Below, in pieces: positions 41,012-50,914 of a stretch of 64,000 nt of DNA. The DNA is from Clostridiales bacterium (GTDB lineage: Bacteria; Bacillota; Clostridia; Oscillospirales; Oscillospiraceae): positions 1,437 to 65,436 of the forward strand of contig JAAYMC010000024.1 in assembly GCA_012521555.1 (NCBI GenBank), read 5' to 3'. The notes below the pieces were generated by a model, which saw only the letters and a program-made list of their open reading frames with translations, did no database searches and was not told the DNA's origin. Numbering within the stretch: position 1 is the stretch's first letter; each line of letters begins with the position of its first letter. Made by a program: the position numbers and the translations under genes.

Positions 41012-43465
41012 ATGTATCAGTTCAGGCCGGTGACAGAACGCATGGAGCGGATGCACCAGCTCATTCGGGACCGCGTCATTCAGACAGACTCTGAGATTGC
41101 GCTGATTATCACGCGTGTTTTTCAGGAGAACGAAAACCTCGTCCCGATGATTCGCCGTGCGAAGGTCCTCAAAGCGATTTGCGAGGAGATGACCGTTCGC
41201 GTTGAAGATTTTGAGATGCTTGTGGGCAGTATCAGCCGGTACTTTTGCGGCCGGAGCGTTTTCCCCGACTGGGAAGGCGCCGGCCTCGTGCCGCACTTTG
41301 TGGAATCCGGCGTCTGGACAATGCGGGAAGACGGGCGGTACCATAACCCCGACGACGAGATGGTGCGCCTGTGCATCGCGCCGGAGGATTTGGAGAAGCT
41401 CAAGTCGATCCAGCCCTACTGGAAAGGCAGGACGTACAACGACATCGCCTCGGCGTGGCTGCCGCCCGGATACGAGGAGCTTGCCCGCATGGAAGTGTCC
41501 GCCACGAAAAAGGGGATGCCCGTCCTCATGATGCCGTCCGGGCACCTCACGCCGGGCTTTAAGAAGATCATCGACTTAGGTTACGGGGCCATCCGCCGGC
41601 AGGCGCAGGAATGGCTCGACGCGCACTACAACAACCTCATGGGCGACGACGCGACGAAAGCGATGTTTTACACCGCCGTCGTGATGTGCTGCGACGCGGC
41701 GTCGACGCTGCTGCGGCGCTACGCGAAAAATTGCCTTGAGAAGGCCGCCGTCTGCGCGGATCCAAAGCGCAGGGCGGAGCTTCAGTCCATGGCGGACAGC
41801 CTGGCGTGGATCTCCGAAAACCCCTGCCGCACCTTCCGCGAGGCCTGCCAGGCGGCCATCACATACCAGTACATCCTGCGTTTAAGCTACATCAACGACG
41901 TCAGCTCCTTCGGCCGGTTCGACCAGTATACGTGGCCGTACCTGAAGAAGGATCTGGAGGAAGGGCGCCTGACGATGGACGAGGCGCAGGAAATCGTCGA
42001 CTGCTTCTTCCTCAAGGTCAACTCCATGTACTACGGCGGCGCCGGCGACGGGAAGCTCGCGGCCATCATCGGCATCGGCAACACCTACCTGCACACGACC
42101 ATCGGCGGCGTCGACCCGAAGACGGGGGAGGACGCGTCCAACCCCGTCACCTACATGGTTTTAGAGAGCCTGTCCCGCCTGAGCCTGCACGACCCGACGA
42201 TTTCGCTGCGTGTGAGCAGCAAAACGCCGGATGCGCTGTGGAACCTCGCGCTGCTCACGTCGACGAAAGTCGGCGGCCTGCCGCTGTTCCAGAACGACGA
42301 CGTCATCATCCCCGGCATCGTGCGCGAGCTGGGCTTTACGCTGGAGGACGCGCGGGATTACGCCATTATCGGCTGCCAGGAGATCACCGGCTCCGGCAAC
42401 GACTATTCCGCGGCCAACGGCGTCTGCCCGCCCCACTCCTCAATCCACTACAGCGCCGTCCTGGCGACGGCCCTCAACAACGGCAAAAACCCCATGAACG
42501 GGGAGCAGTGCTCCATCAAGACGGGGTATCTCTACGAGATGAAGTCCATAGAGGAAGTCAAGGAGGCATGGCTGAAGCTTGCCAAGTACTTCCTCAAGGC
42601 GCAGGTGTCCCTCAACAACTACTTAGAGTACATCGTCCAGTACCACACGCCGCACCCGATGCTCTCCATGTCCATCGAAGGGTGCATGGAGTCAGGCAAG
42701 GACTGCACGTGGGGCGGCGCCAAATACAACTCGTACGGCGGCACCGCGACGGGCCTTGCCACCGTGGCCGACTCCCTCACGGCCATCCGGTACATGGTCT
42801 TTGACAAGAAACTGTGCACCGCCCGCGAGATGTACGACGCCATCATGGCCAACTGGGAAGGCTACGAAGAGCTCCAGCAGAGAATCATCAGCGAAGTGCC
42901 CCACTTCGGCAACGCCGACCCGTACGCCGACGAGATGATGGCGTGGGTCATAAACGCCTACTACGAGGCCTGCAGGGAGTGCTACTCCAGCCGGGCGAAG
43001 GTTTTCAAGGCGGGGCTCTACGGCGCGGCCGACCACGTCGGGCAGGGCTACACGACGTGGGCCACGCCCGACGGGCGCAAGGCCGGCACGCCGATTGCCG
43101 ACGCGGCTTCCCCCGTCCAGGGGCGCGACACAAACGGGCCGACGGCCGTGTTCGTCTCGTCCCTCTGCTACGACCACTCCAAGTTCATGGACGGCGTGTG
43201 CCTCAACGTGAGACTGCACCCGACGGTTTTAAGCCGAGAAGACGGCATCTATAAGCTGCGCGACATGGTCAAAGCGTACATGGCCGCCGGCGGCGCGGAA
43301 GCGCAGTTTAACGTCGTGTCCACCGAGACGCTGCGCGCCGCGCAGGCAAAGCCCGACGAATACCGCAACCTCGTCGTCCGCATCGCCGGCTACTCGGCCT
43401 ACTTCGTCGAGCTCACGCGCGACTGCCAGGACGACCTCATCTCCCGCACCGAAAATCTGCTCTAG
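41012..43465 (+). CDS. glycyl radical enzyme (PFL2/dehydratase-like, uncharacterised subfamily)
   Basis: 817 aa; GRFDQY, Cys loop AIIGCQE (42371-42382), ATPDGRKAG, glycyl loop VVRIAGYSAYF (Gly at 43388-43390). Confidence 0.92.
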   Translation: MYQFRPVTERMERMHQLIRDRVIQTDSEIALIITRVFQENENLVPMIRRAKVLKAICEEMTVRVEDFEMLVGSISRYFCGRSVFPDWEGAGLVPHFVESGVWTMREDGRYHNPDDEMVRLCIAPEDLEKLKSIQPYWKGRTYNDIASAWLPPGYEELARMEVSATKKGMPVLMMPSGHLTPGFKKIIDLGYGAIRRQAQEWLDAHYNNLMGDDATKAMFYTAVVMCCDAASTLLRRYAKNCLEKAAVCADPKRRAELQSMADSLAWISENPCRTFREACQAAITYQYILRLSYINDVSSFGRFDQYTWPYLKKDLEEGRLTMDEAQEIVDCFFLKVNSMYYGGAGDGKLAAIIGIGNTYLHTTIGGVDPKTGEDASNPVTYMVLESLSRLSLHDPTISLRVSSKTPDALWNLALLTSTKVGGLPLFQNDDVIIPGIVRELGFTLEDARDYAIIGCQEITGSGNDYSAANGVCPPHSSIHYSAVLATALNNGKNPMNGEQCSIKTGYLYEMKSIEEVKEAWLKLAKYFLKAQVSLNNYLEYIVQYHTPHPMLSMSIEGCMESGKDCTWGGAKYNSYGGTATGLATVADSLTAIRYMVFDKKLCTAREMYDAIMANWEGYEELQQRIISEVPHFGNADPYADEMMAWVINAYYEACRECYSSRAKVFKAGLYGAADHVGQGYTTWATPDGRKAGTPIADAASPVQGRDTNGPTAVFVSSLCYDHSKFMDGVCLNVRLHPTVLSREDGIYKLRDMVKAYMAAGGAEAQFNVVSTETLRAAQAKPDEYRNLVVRIAGYSAYFVELTRDCQDDLISRTENLL

Positions 43466-43530
43466 CGGATTTATGCCGCCAAAGACCGCAATATCATCCT
43501 CTTTGCCCGGAAACGAGGCTTTTTTGCCGG

Positions 43531-43563
43531 AAAGGGCGCCGCTGACAAAGCGGCGCCCTTTTT
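43531..43563 (+). terminator. intrinsic terminator after the GRE gene
   Basis: AAAGGGCGCCGCT-GACAA-AGCGGCGCCCTTTTT. Confidence 0.8.
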
Positions 43564-43731
43564 GTATTTTCTTTAGGAGGAGGGAGACTGACAGTACAAA
43601 TTTGAGCGCAGTCATTCCGACTAAAAATACTACAAATTAATTATGAGTAATTAATATCAATTAGGCAAATACGAAATTTTGTAAAAATTCTTGCAATTTT
43701 ATAACTATCCGATGGACATTCGGCTTTGAGA

Positions 43732-43760
43732 TTGACAAAAATTTATCAAACTTCTATCCT
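43732..43760 (+). promoter_or_regulatory. sigmaA promoter of the hbd operon with an overlapping Rex-like palindrome
   Basis: TTGACA-N17-TATCCT; TTGACAA-AAAT-TTATCAA (43732-43749) covers the -35 box. Confidence 0.55.
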
Positions 43761-43859
43761 GACAGTAGATAAATCGTTATATTGTTGACAGCATGCACGA
43801 AGGCGTCGCGAAAAAGCGGAATACGGCATCGGCAACAATGAGAAAGAGGAGATCGTTAT

Positions 43860-44747
43860 ATGGAAAAGGTATTTATCGTCGGCGGAGGCATTATGGGAAC
43901 CGGCATGGCGCAGGTGTTTGCCCAGAACGGTTTTGAGACGATTCTCCGCGTCCGGAATCTCGGCGGCGGCCGGAAAGAGGAGCTCGCGGCCGGGTTTGAA
44001 AAGAGCTTTGGAAAGCTTGTCAAAAAAGGCAAGATGACCGAAGACGAGGCGTGGGCGGCGCTCGCCAGGATTACATACACGGAAAATCTGGCGGACGCAA
44101 AGGACTGCGATCTCGTCATCGAGGCGATTGTTGAGGACCTGGAGCTGAAGAAGGAGCTGTTTGCGGAGCTCGACGCGATCTGCAAACCTGAAACGATTCT
44201 GGCGACGAACACGTCGTCCCTGTCCATCACGGCCATCGCTCAGGCGACAGGCAGAGGCGACAAGTGCATCGGCATGCACTTCTTCAACCCCGTTCCGGTG
44301 ATGGCGCTCGTCGAGGTCATCAAGGGCGCGCACACCACGGACGAGACGAAGGACAAGGTGTTTGAGATTGTCAGGGCCATCGGCAAAACGCCTGTGCTCG
44401 TCAACGAGGCGCCGGGCTTCGTCGTCAACCGCCTGCTTGTCCCCATGATCAACGAGGCCGTTTTCTGCCTGCAGGAAGGCGTCGCCACCGCGGAAGATAT
44501 CGACAACATCATGCGGCTCGGCGCGAACCACCCGATGGGCCCCCTCGCGCTGGGCGACCTCATCGGCCTGGACGTGTGCCTGAACATCATGGACGCGCTC
44601 TACGAGGAGACGCGCGACTCCAAGTACAGGGCGTGCACGCTGCTGAGGAAGATGGTCGCGGCGGGACTGCTCGGGCGCAAGACGGGCCGCGGCTTCTTCG
44701 ACTACACATCGTCCGAGACGCAGAAAGAGAACCAAAAAGTGGGATAA
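43860..44747 (+). CDS. hbd: 3-hydroxybutyryl-CoA dehydrogenase family
   Basis: GGGIMG, IEAIVE, ATNTSSLSIT, GMHFFNPVPVM, GANHPMGP. Confidence 0.92.
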   Translation: MEKVFIVGGGIMGTGMAQVFAQNGFETILRVRNLGGGRKEELAAGFEKSFGKLVKKGKMTEDEAWAALARITYTENLADAKDCDLVIEAIVEDLELKKELFAELDAICKPETILATNTSSLSITAIAQATGRGDKCIGMHFFNPVPVMALVEVIKGAHTTDETKDKVFEIVRAIGKTPVLVNEAPGFVVNRLLVPMINEAVFCLQEGVATAEDIDNIMRLGANHPMGPLALGDLIGLDVCLNIMDALYEETRDSKYRACTLLRKMVAAGLLGRKTGRGFFDYTSSETQKENQKVG

Positions 44748-44763
44748 AACCTAGGAGGAAACA

Positions 44764-45906
<1,143 letters not shown>

Positions 45907-45931
45907 CCCTTAAGCTTAAAGGAGTGAAATT

Positions 45932-46705
45932 ATGAACGTCCTTTACGAAGTGAAAGACCACGTCGCCGTCCTTACCATAAACAGGCCTGAGGTCCTCAAC
46001 GCGCTGAATCTCGACGTGTTTGCGGAAATAAAAGACGCCGTCGAGAAGGCGGAGCGGGACGAGGACGTCTATGTGGTTGTGATTACCGGCGCGGGGCGCG
46101 CCTTCGTTGCCGGCGCGGATATTAAACAGATGAAGGATCTCGGCCCCATGGAGGCGCGCCACTTCGGCGAGTTCGGCAACGAAGCGCTTTATAAGATCGA
46201 AACGCTCACGAAGCCCGTCATCGCCGCCGTCAACGGCTACGCCCTCGGCGGCGGGTGCGAGCTGGCCTGCGCGTGCGACATCCGCATCGCCAGCGACCGC
46301 GCCAAGTTCGGCCAGCCCGAGGTGGGGCTCGGCATTATCCCCGGCGCGGGCGGGACGGTGCGGCTGCCCCGCATCGTCGGCGCCGCGAAGGCGAAGGAGC
46401 TCATCTTCACGGGGCGCATCATCGACGCGCAGGAGGCGCTGCGCATCGGCCTCGTCAGCGACGTCGTCCCCGCCGAGTCGCTCATGGAGAAGGTCATGTC
46501 CCTCGCCAAGGAGATTGCGGCCAACGCGCAGATTGCCGTGCGTCAGGCGAAGGCGTCGATCAACAACGCGCTGCAGTGCGACGTTCAGTCGGCCCTGAAG
46601 TTTGAGGCGCAGGCGTTTGCCGTCTGCTTCTCGACGGAAGACCAGAAAGACGCCATGACGGCTTTTGTCAACAAAAGCAAGGTCACGGCATTTAAGAATA
46701 AATAA
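45932..46705 (+). CDS. crt: enoyl-CoA hydratase (crotonase)
   Basis: NRPEVLNALN, FVAGADI, GGGCEL, FGQPEVGLG. Confidence 0.92.
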   Translation: MNVLYEVKDHVAVLTINRPEVLNALNLDVFAEIKDAVEKAERDEDVYVVVITGAGRAFVAGADIKQMKDLGPMEARHFGEFGNEALYKIETLTKPVIAAVNGYALGGGCELACACDIRIASDRAKFGQPEVGLGIIPGAGGTVRLPRIVGAAKAKELIFTGRIIDAQEALRIGLVSDVVPAESLMEKVMSLAKEIAANAQIAVRQAKASINNALQCDVQSALKFEAQAFAVCFSTEDQKDAMTAFVNKSKVTAFKNK

Positions 46706-46733
46706 TGGCTAATCCACCAAAGGAGTCTGCTCA

Positions 46734-47522
46734 ATGAACATCATTGTCTGTATCAAACAGGTGCCGGATACGACGGAAGTCAAGCTCGACCCGGTGACCA
46801 ACACGCTGATTCGGGAAGGCGTCCCCTCCATTATAAACCCCGACGACAAGGCCGGCATTGAAGCCGCGCTTCGCATAAAGGAGACGCACGGCGCGCACGT
46901 TACCGTCGTCTCCATGGGCCCCGCGCAGGCGGACAAGGCGCTGCGCGAGGCTCTCGCCATGGGCTGCGACGAGGCCGTCCTGCTCTCGGACAGGGCTTTC
47001 GGCGGCGCCGACACGTGGGCGACGTCCTCGACGATCGCCGGCGCGCTGAAGAAGATGAAGTTCGACCTCGTCATCTGCGGCCGCCAGGCCATCGACGGCG
47101 ACACGGCCCAGGTCGGCCCGCAGCTGGCCGAGCACCTCGGCATCCCGCAGGTCAGCTACGTCGAAGACCTGAAAATCGAGGGCGACAAGGTCATCGCAAG
47201 GCGGCAGTTTGAGGACAGGTACCACATCATCGAAGTGAAGATGCCCTGCCTGCTCACGACGCTGTCGGAGCTTAACAAGCCGAGATACATGTCCGTCGCC
47301 GGCGTGTTCGACGCGTACCGCGAGAAGGAAGTGCGCGTCATGACGCTGGAAGACATTAAGGATACCGTCGACGTGGCGAACATCGGCCTGAAAGGCTCGC
47401 CCACGCGCGTGAAGAAGTCCTTTACGAAGACGGCCAAGGGCGCCGGCACGAAGTACGAGCTCGAGCCGGACGAAGCCGTCAAGGTCATCATGGAAAAACT
47501 GGCCCAAAAGTGCCTCATTTAA
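46734..47522 (+). CDS. etfB: electron transfer flavoprotein beta subunit
   Basis: VCIKQVPDT, GADTWATS, GRQAIDGDTAQVGP. Confidence 0.96.
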   Translation: MNIIVCIKQVPDTTEVKLDPVTNTLIREGVPSIINPDDKAGIEAALRIKETHGAHVTVVSMGPAQADKALREALAMGCDEAVLLSDRAFGGADTWATSSTIAGALKKMKFDLVICGRQAIDGDTAQVGPQLAEHLGIPQVSYVEDLKIEGDKVIARRQFEDRYHIIEVKMPCLLTTLSELNKPRYMSVAGVFDAYREKEVRVMTLEDIKDTVDVANIGLKGSPTRVKKSFTKTAKGAGTKYELEPDEAVKVIMEKLAQKCLI

Positions 47523-47534
47523 GGAGATAAGGAT

Positions 47535-48542
47535 ATGAGCGAGAGCAAGAATGTCTTTGTATTTTGCGAGCAAAGGGACGGCCTGATCGCCAAGGTCTCC
47601 ATCGAACTGATTGGCAAAGGGCGTGAGCTTGCCGACGCGCTGGGCCAGAAAGTCGTCGCCGTTTTGCTGGGGCACAACATCAAGGATAAGGCGCAGCTTC
47701 TCATCGACCACGGGGCGGACGAAGTCCTCGTCGTCGACCACGAGATGCTCGCCGAATACGTCACGGAGCCTTACGCCAAAGCGATGACGCACGTCATCAG
47801 GACGTACAGGCCTGAGATTCTCCTCTACGGCGCCACCGCCATCGGCCGCGACCTCGCGCCGCGCATCGCCGCGCGCATCCACACGGGCCTGACGGCCGAC
47901 TGCACGGGGCTCGAGATCGACCCGGAGACGAAGCTGCTGCTCATGACGCGCCCGGCCTTCGGCGGCAACATCATGGCGACCATCGTCTGCGAAAACCACA
48001 GGCCCCAGATGGCCACCGTCCGCCCCGGCGTGATGAAGGCGCTTGACCGGATGGACAGAACCGGCACCGTCACGGAAGTGCCTGTAGACTTTAAGCCTGA
48101 GGACATGAACGTCACCATCCGCTCCGTCGTCCGCGAGACGAAGCATAAGACCGACATCACCGAGGCGAAAATCCTCGTCTCCGGCGGCCGCGGCCTCGGC
48201 AAGCCCGAGGGCTTTGAGATGCTGAAAGAGCTCGCTGACGCCCTCGGCGGCGACATCTCCTCGTCGAGAGCGGGCGTCGACGCCGGCTGGCAGCCGAAGG
48301 ACAGGCAGGTCGGCCAGACGGGCAAGACCGTCCGCCCGAACCTGTACATCGCCTGCGGCATCTCCGGCGCCATCCAGCACCTTGCGGGCATGGAGTCCTC
48401 GGAATACATCATCGCCATCAACAAGGACGCCGACGCGCCCATTTTCGACGTGGCGGACTTAGGGATTGTGGGCGACGTGTACGCCATCGTCCCGAAGCTC
48501 ACGGAAGCCGTCCGCAAGTACAAGGAGGCCGGCCGCCTCTAA
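47535..48542 (+). CDS. etfA: electron transfer flavoprotein alpha subunit
   Basis: [34 protein letters not shown]. Confidence 0.96.
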   Translation: MSESKNVFVFCEQRDGLIAKVSIELIGKGRELADALGQKVVAVLLGHNIKDKAQLLIDHGADEVLVVDHEMLAEYVTEPYAKAMTHVIRTYRPEILLYGATAIGRDLAPRIAARIHTGLTADCTGLEIDPETKLLLMTRPAFGGNIMATIVCENHRPQMATVRPGVMKALDRMDRTGTVTEVPVDFKPEDMNVTIRSVVRETKHKTDITEAKILVSGGRGLGKPEGFEMLKELADALGGDISSSRAGVDAGWQPKDRQVGQTGKTVRPNLYIACGISGAIQHLAGMESSEYIIAINKDADAPIFDVADLGIVGDVYAIVPKLTEAVRKYKEAGRL

Positions 48543-48629
48543 GCGGACGCCTCCTCATACAGAAGAAAATTACGGCTACAATAAATGCGGCCGGCTTTTA
48601 GACCAAGGGAGAGTACAGGGAGACAGAGC

Positions 48630-49535
48630 ATGCTGAAATCTTTTGAAGAAATAAAGGCGCGACTGGGCGGATATGAGCAGAAAAAGCGCATCGGCGTCGT
48701 CTGCGCTCAGAACGAGCACACGCTCGACGCCGTCATGCTGGCCGCGCGGGAAAACCTTGTGGAGCCGGTTCTCATCGGCAAAAAGGGCGAGATAGAGCGG
48801 CTCCTGAGCAATATGGGCGACAAACCCGGCGACATAGAAATCATCGACCTGGATGAGCCGGAAGCGTGCGCCGCCGAAGCGGCGCGGCTTGTGAGGGAAG
48901 GGCGGCTTGACTGCATCATTAAGGGCAACATCGAGACGGGCGTCATGATGAAGGTCCTCGTCAGCCGCGAGCAGGGGATCCGGGAGAGCAAGACGCTCTC
49001 GCACATCTCGTTTTTCGAGTCGCCGTACTACCACAAGATGTTCGCCATGACGGACGGCGCCCTGCTTGTCTACCCCACGGTGGAGCAGAAGCGCGATGCG
49101 ATTGAAAACGCCGTGCGCGCCTTCCACAAGCTGGGGATTGAGGAGCCGAAAGTCGCCGTTCTCGCCGCGGTGGAGCATGTCAACCCCAAGATGAAGGAGA
49201 CCGTCGAGGCGGCGGAGCTGAAGAAGATGTGGGAAGAGGGCGCCTTTTCCCGCTGCATCGTGGAAGGGCCGATTTCCTACGACCTTGCGATGCAGAAAGA
49301 CGCCGCCGAGATTAAAAAATTCGACAGCCCCGTCGCCGGAGACGCGGACATTCTCGTCGTGCCGGACATCGCAACCGGCAACATTCTCCTCAAAGCGCTG
49401 AGCGGGACGGGCGGCGCGAAATTTGCCGGCACAATTATCGGCGCGCAGGTGCCGGTTATCGTCACGTCGCGCTCCATGCCGATGCGGGACAAGTACCTGT
49501 CCATCGTGCTCACCGCCGTCATCGGAAAAATGTAA
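48630..49535 (+). CDS. ptb: phosphate butyryltransferase family acyltransferase
   Basis: VAVLAAVEHVNPKM, EGPISYDLA, VAGDADILVVP, PVIVTSRS. Confidence 0.85.
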   Translation: MLKSFEEIKARLGGYEQKKRIGVVCAQNEHTLDAVMLAARENLVEPVLIGKKGEIERLLSNMGDKPGDIEIIDLDEPEACAAEAARLVREGRLDCIIKGNIETGVMMKVLVSREQGIRESKTLSHISFFESPYYHKMFAMTDGALLVYPTVEQKRDAIENAVRAFHKLGIEEPKVAVLAAVEHVNPKMKETVEAAELKKMWEEGAFSRCIVEGPISYDLAMQKDAAEIKKFDSPVAGDADILVVPDIATGNILLKALSGTGGAKFAGTIIGAQVPVIVTSRSMPMRDKYLSIVLTAVIGKM

Positions 49536-49550
49536 GAGGGGGGCTGCCTG

Positions 49551-50669
49551 TTGAAGACGTATCGCATTCTCGCCATCAACCCCGGCTCCACCTCGACGAA
49601 AGTGGCGCTGTTTGAAAACGACAAGGTTATCTTTCGCGTCAACATCGAGCACAACATGGAGGAACTCAACAAGTTCCCCGAAGTGTCCGACCAGAAGCCG
49701 TACCGCCTCGAGAAAATCAGGGAGGTTTTAAAGGAGCACGGCGTCGATCTAGCGTCGATAGACGCCTTCGTCGGCCGCGGCGGCGGGCAGGAGGCCATGG
49801 AGGGCGGCACGTACCGCGTCAACGACCTCGCCTACGAACACGCCCGCATCGGGTACAGGCTCGTGCACCCGTGCATCCTCGGCTCGCAGCTCGCCCGCGA
49901 CCTGGGCGACCAGTACGGCAAGCCGTCCTTCTTCGTCAACCCACCGTGCGTGGACGAGCTGGAAGACGTCGCGCGCGTGTCCGGCATGAAGGAGATTCTC
50001 CGCCGGCAATACGTCCACGCCCTCAACCAGAAGGAAGTCGCCAAGCGCTTTGCCGAGTCCATCGGCAAGCGGTACGAGGACATAAACCTCATCGTCTGCC
50101 ACATCGGCGGCGGGCTGTCCGTCACGGCGCACCGCCGCGGGCGCATGGTGGACTCCAACGACGCCCTCGGAAGCACCGGCCCGTTTTCGCCGACGCGCAG
50201 CGGCGACGTGTCCGCCATCGGGCTTATGCGCATGTGCTTTTCGGGCAAGTACACCGAGCAGGATATTTACAACAAAATCACGAAAAACGGCGGCCTCGTC
50301 GATTACCTCGGCACGAACGACGTCCGCGAAGTGAAGGCCCGCATCGCCAGGGGCGACAAATACGCGCGGCTCATCCTCGACGCCATGTACTACCAGATCA
50401 AGAAGGAAATCGGCGCGATGAGCGTCGTTCTGGAAGGGCAGGTGGAGGCGATTATTCTCACGGGCGGCGTCAGCTACGACGAGGACCTCGTCGAGAGCGT
50501 GCGGAAATCGTGCTCGTTTATCGCCCCCGTCGTCGCCATGCCGGGCGAATTTGAGATGGAAGCCCTCGCCAGAGGCGCGCTCGCCGTCCTCACGGGTGAG
50601 GAGGAGGCAAAGGAGTACACCGGCGTCTCCCCCATAAACCCCGAGCTCTTCGGCGACGCAATCTGGTAA
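49551..50669 (+). CDS. buk: butyrate kinase family
   Basis: ILAINPGSTSTK, HALNQK, HIGGGLSV, GPFSP, PGEFEMEAL. TTG start. Confidence 0.88.
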   Translation: MKTYRILAINPGSTSTKVALFENDKVIFRVNIEHNMEELNKFPEVSDQKPYRLEKIREVLKEHGVDLASIDAFVGRGGGQEAMEGGTYRVNDLAYEHARIGYRLVHPCILGSQLARDLGDQYGKPSFFVNPPCVDELEDVARVSGMKEILRRQYVHALNQKEVAKRFAESIGKRYEDINLIVCHIGGGLSVTAHRRGRMVDSNDALGSTGPFSPTRSGDVSAIGLMRMCFSGKYTEQDIYNKITKNGGLVDYLGTNDVREVKARIARGDKYARLILDAMYYQIKKEIGAMSVVLEGQVEAIILTGGVSYDEDLVESVRKSCSFIAPVVAMPGEFEMEALARGALAVLTGEEEAKEYTGVSPINPELFGDAIW

Positions 50670-50714
50670 AGTTATAAAGCTCTACCTTTCGCGTTCATTC
50701 CGACCCAACCACTT

Positions 50715-50755
50715 AAAGCGGAAAGACCCCGGAAACGGGGGCTTTCCGCTTTTTT
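50715..50755 (+). terminator. intrinsic terminator after buk
   Basis: AAAGCGGAAAG-ACCCCGGAAACGGGGG-CTTTCCGCTTTTTT. Confidence 0.85.
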
Positions 50756-50914
50756 CCGGCAATATGGAAGGGGCAAGGCGCGCCCGGATGGTAAAATATC
50801 ACAATCCCGGGCGGACAAGTTGATGAATTTTCTCAATAGGAAAAAAATAGAGGATGTGATAGGGTGTAAATCAGAAACGTCATCTGACACCAATAAGTGG
50901 AAGGGAGAGAAGGT

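Noticed and set aside
39844-43626. Shared 10-mer CCGACTAAAA upstream of the MFS/AraC pair and of hbd as a common regulator site
   Set aside because: It is absent from the GRE promoter, and a single 10-mer match between AT-rich spacers can arise by chance.
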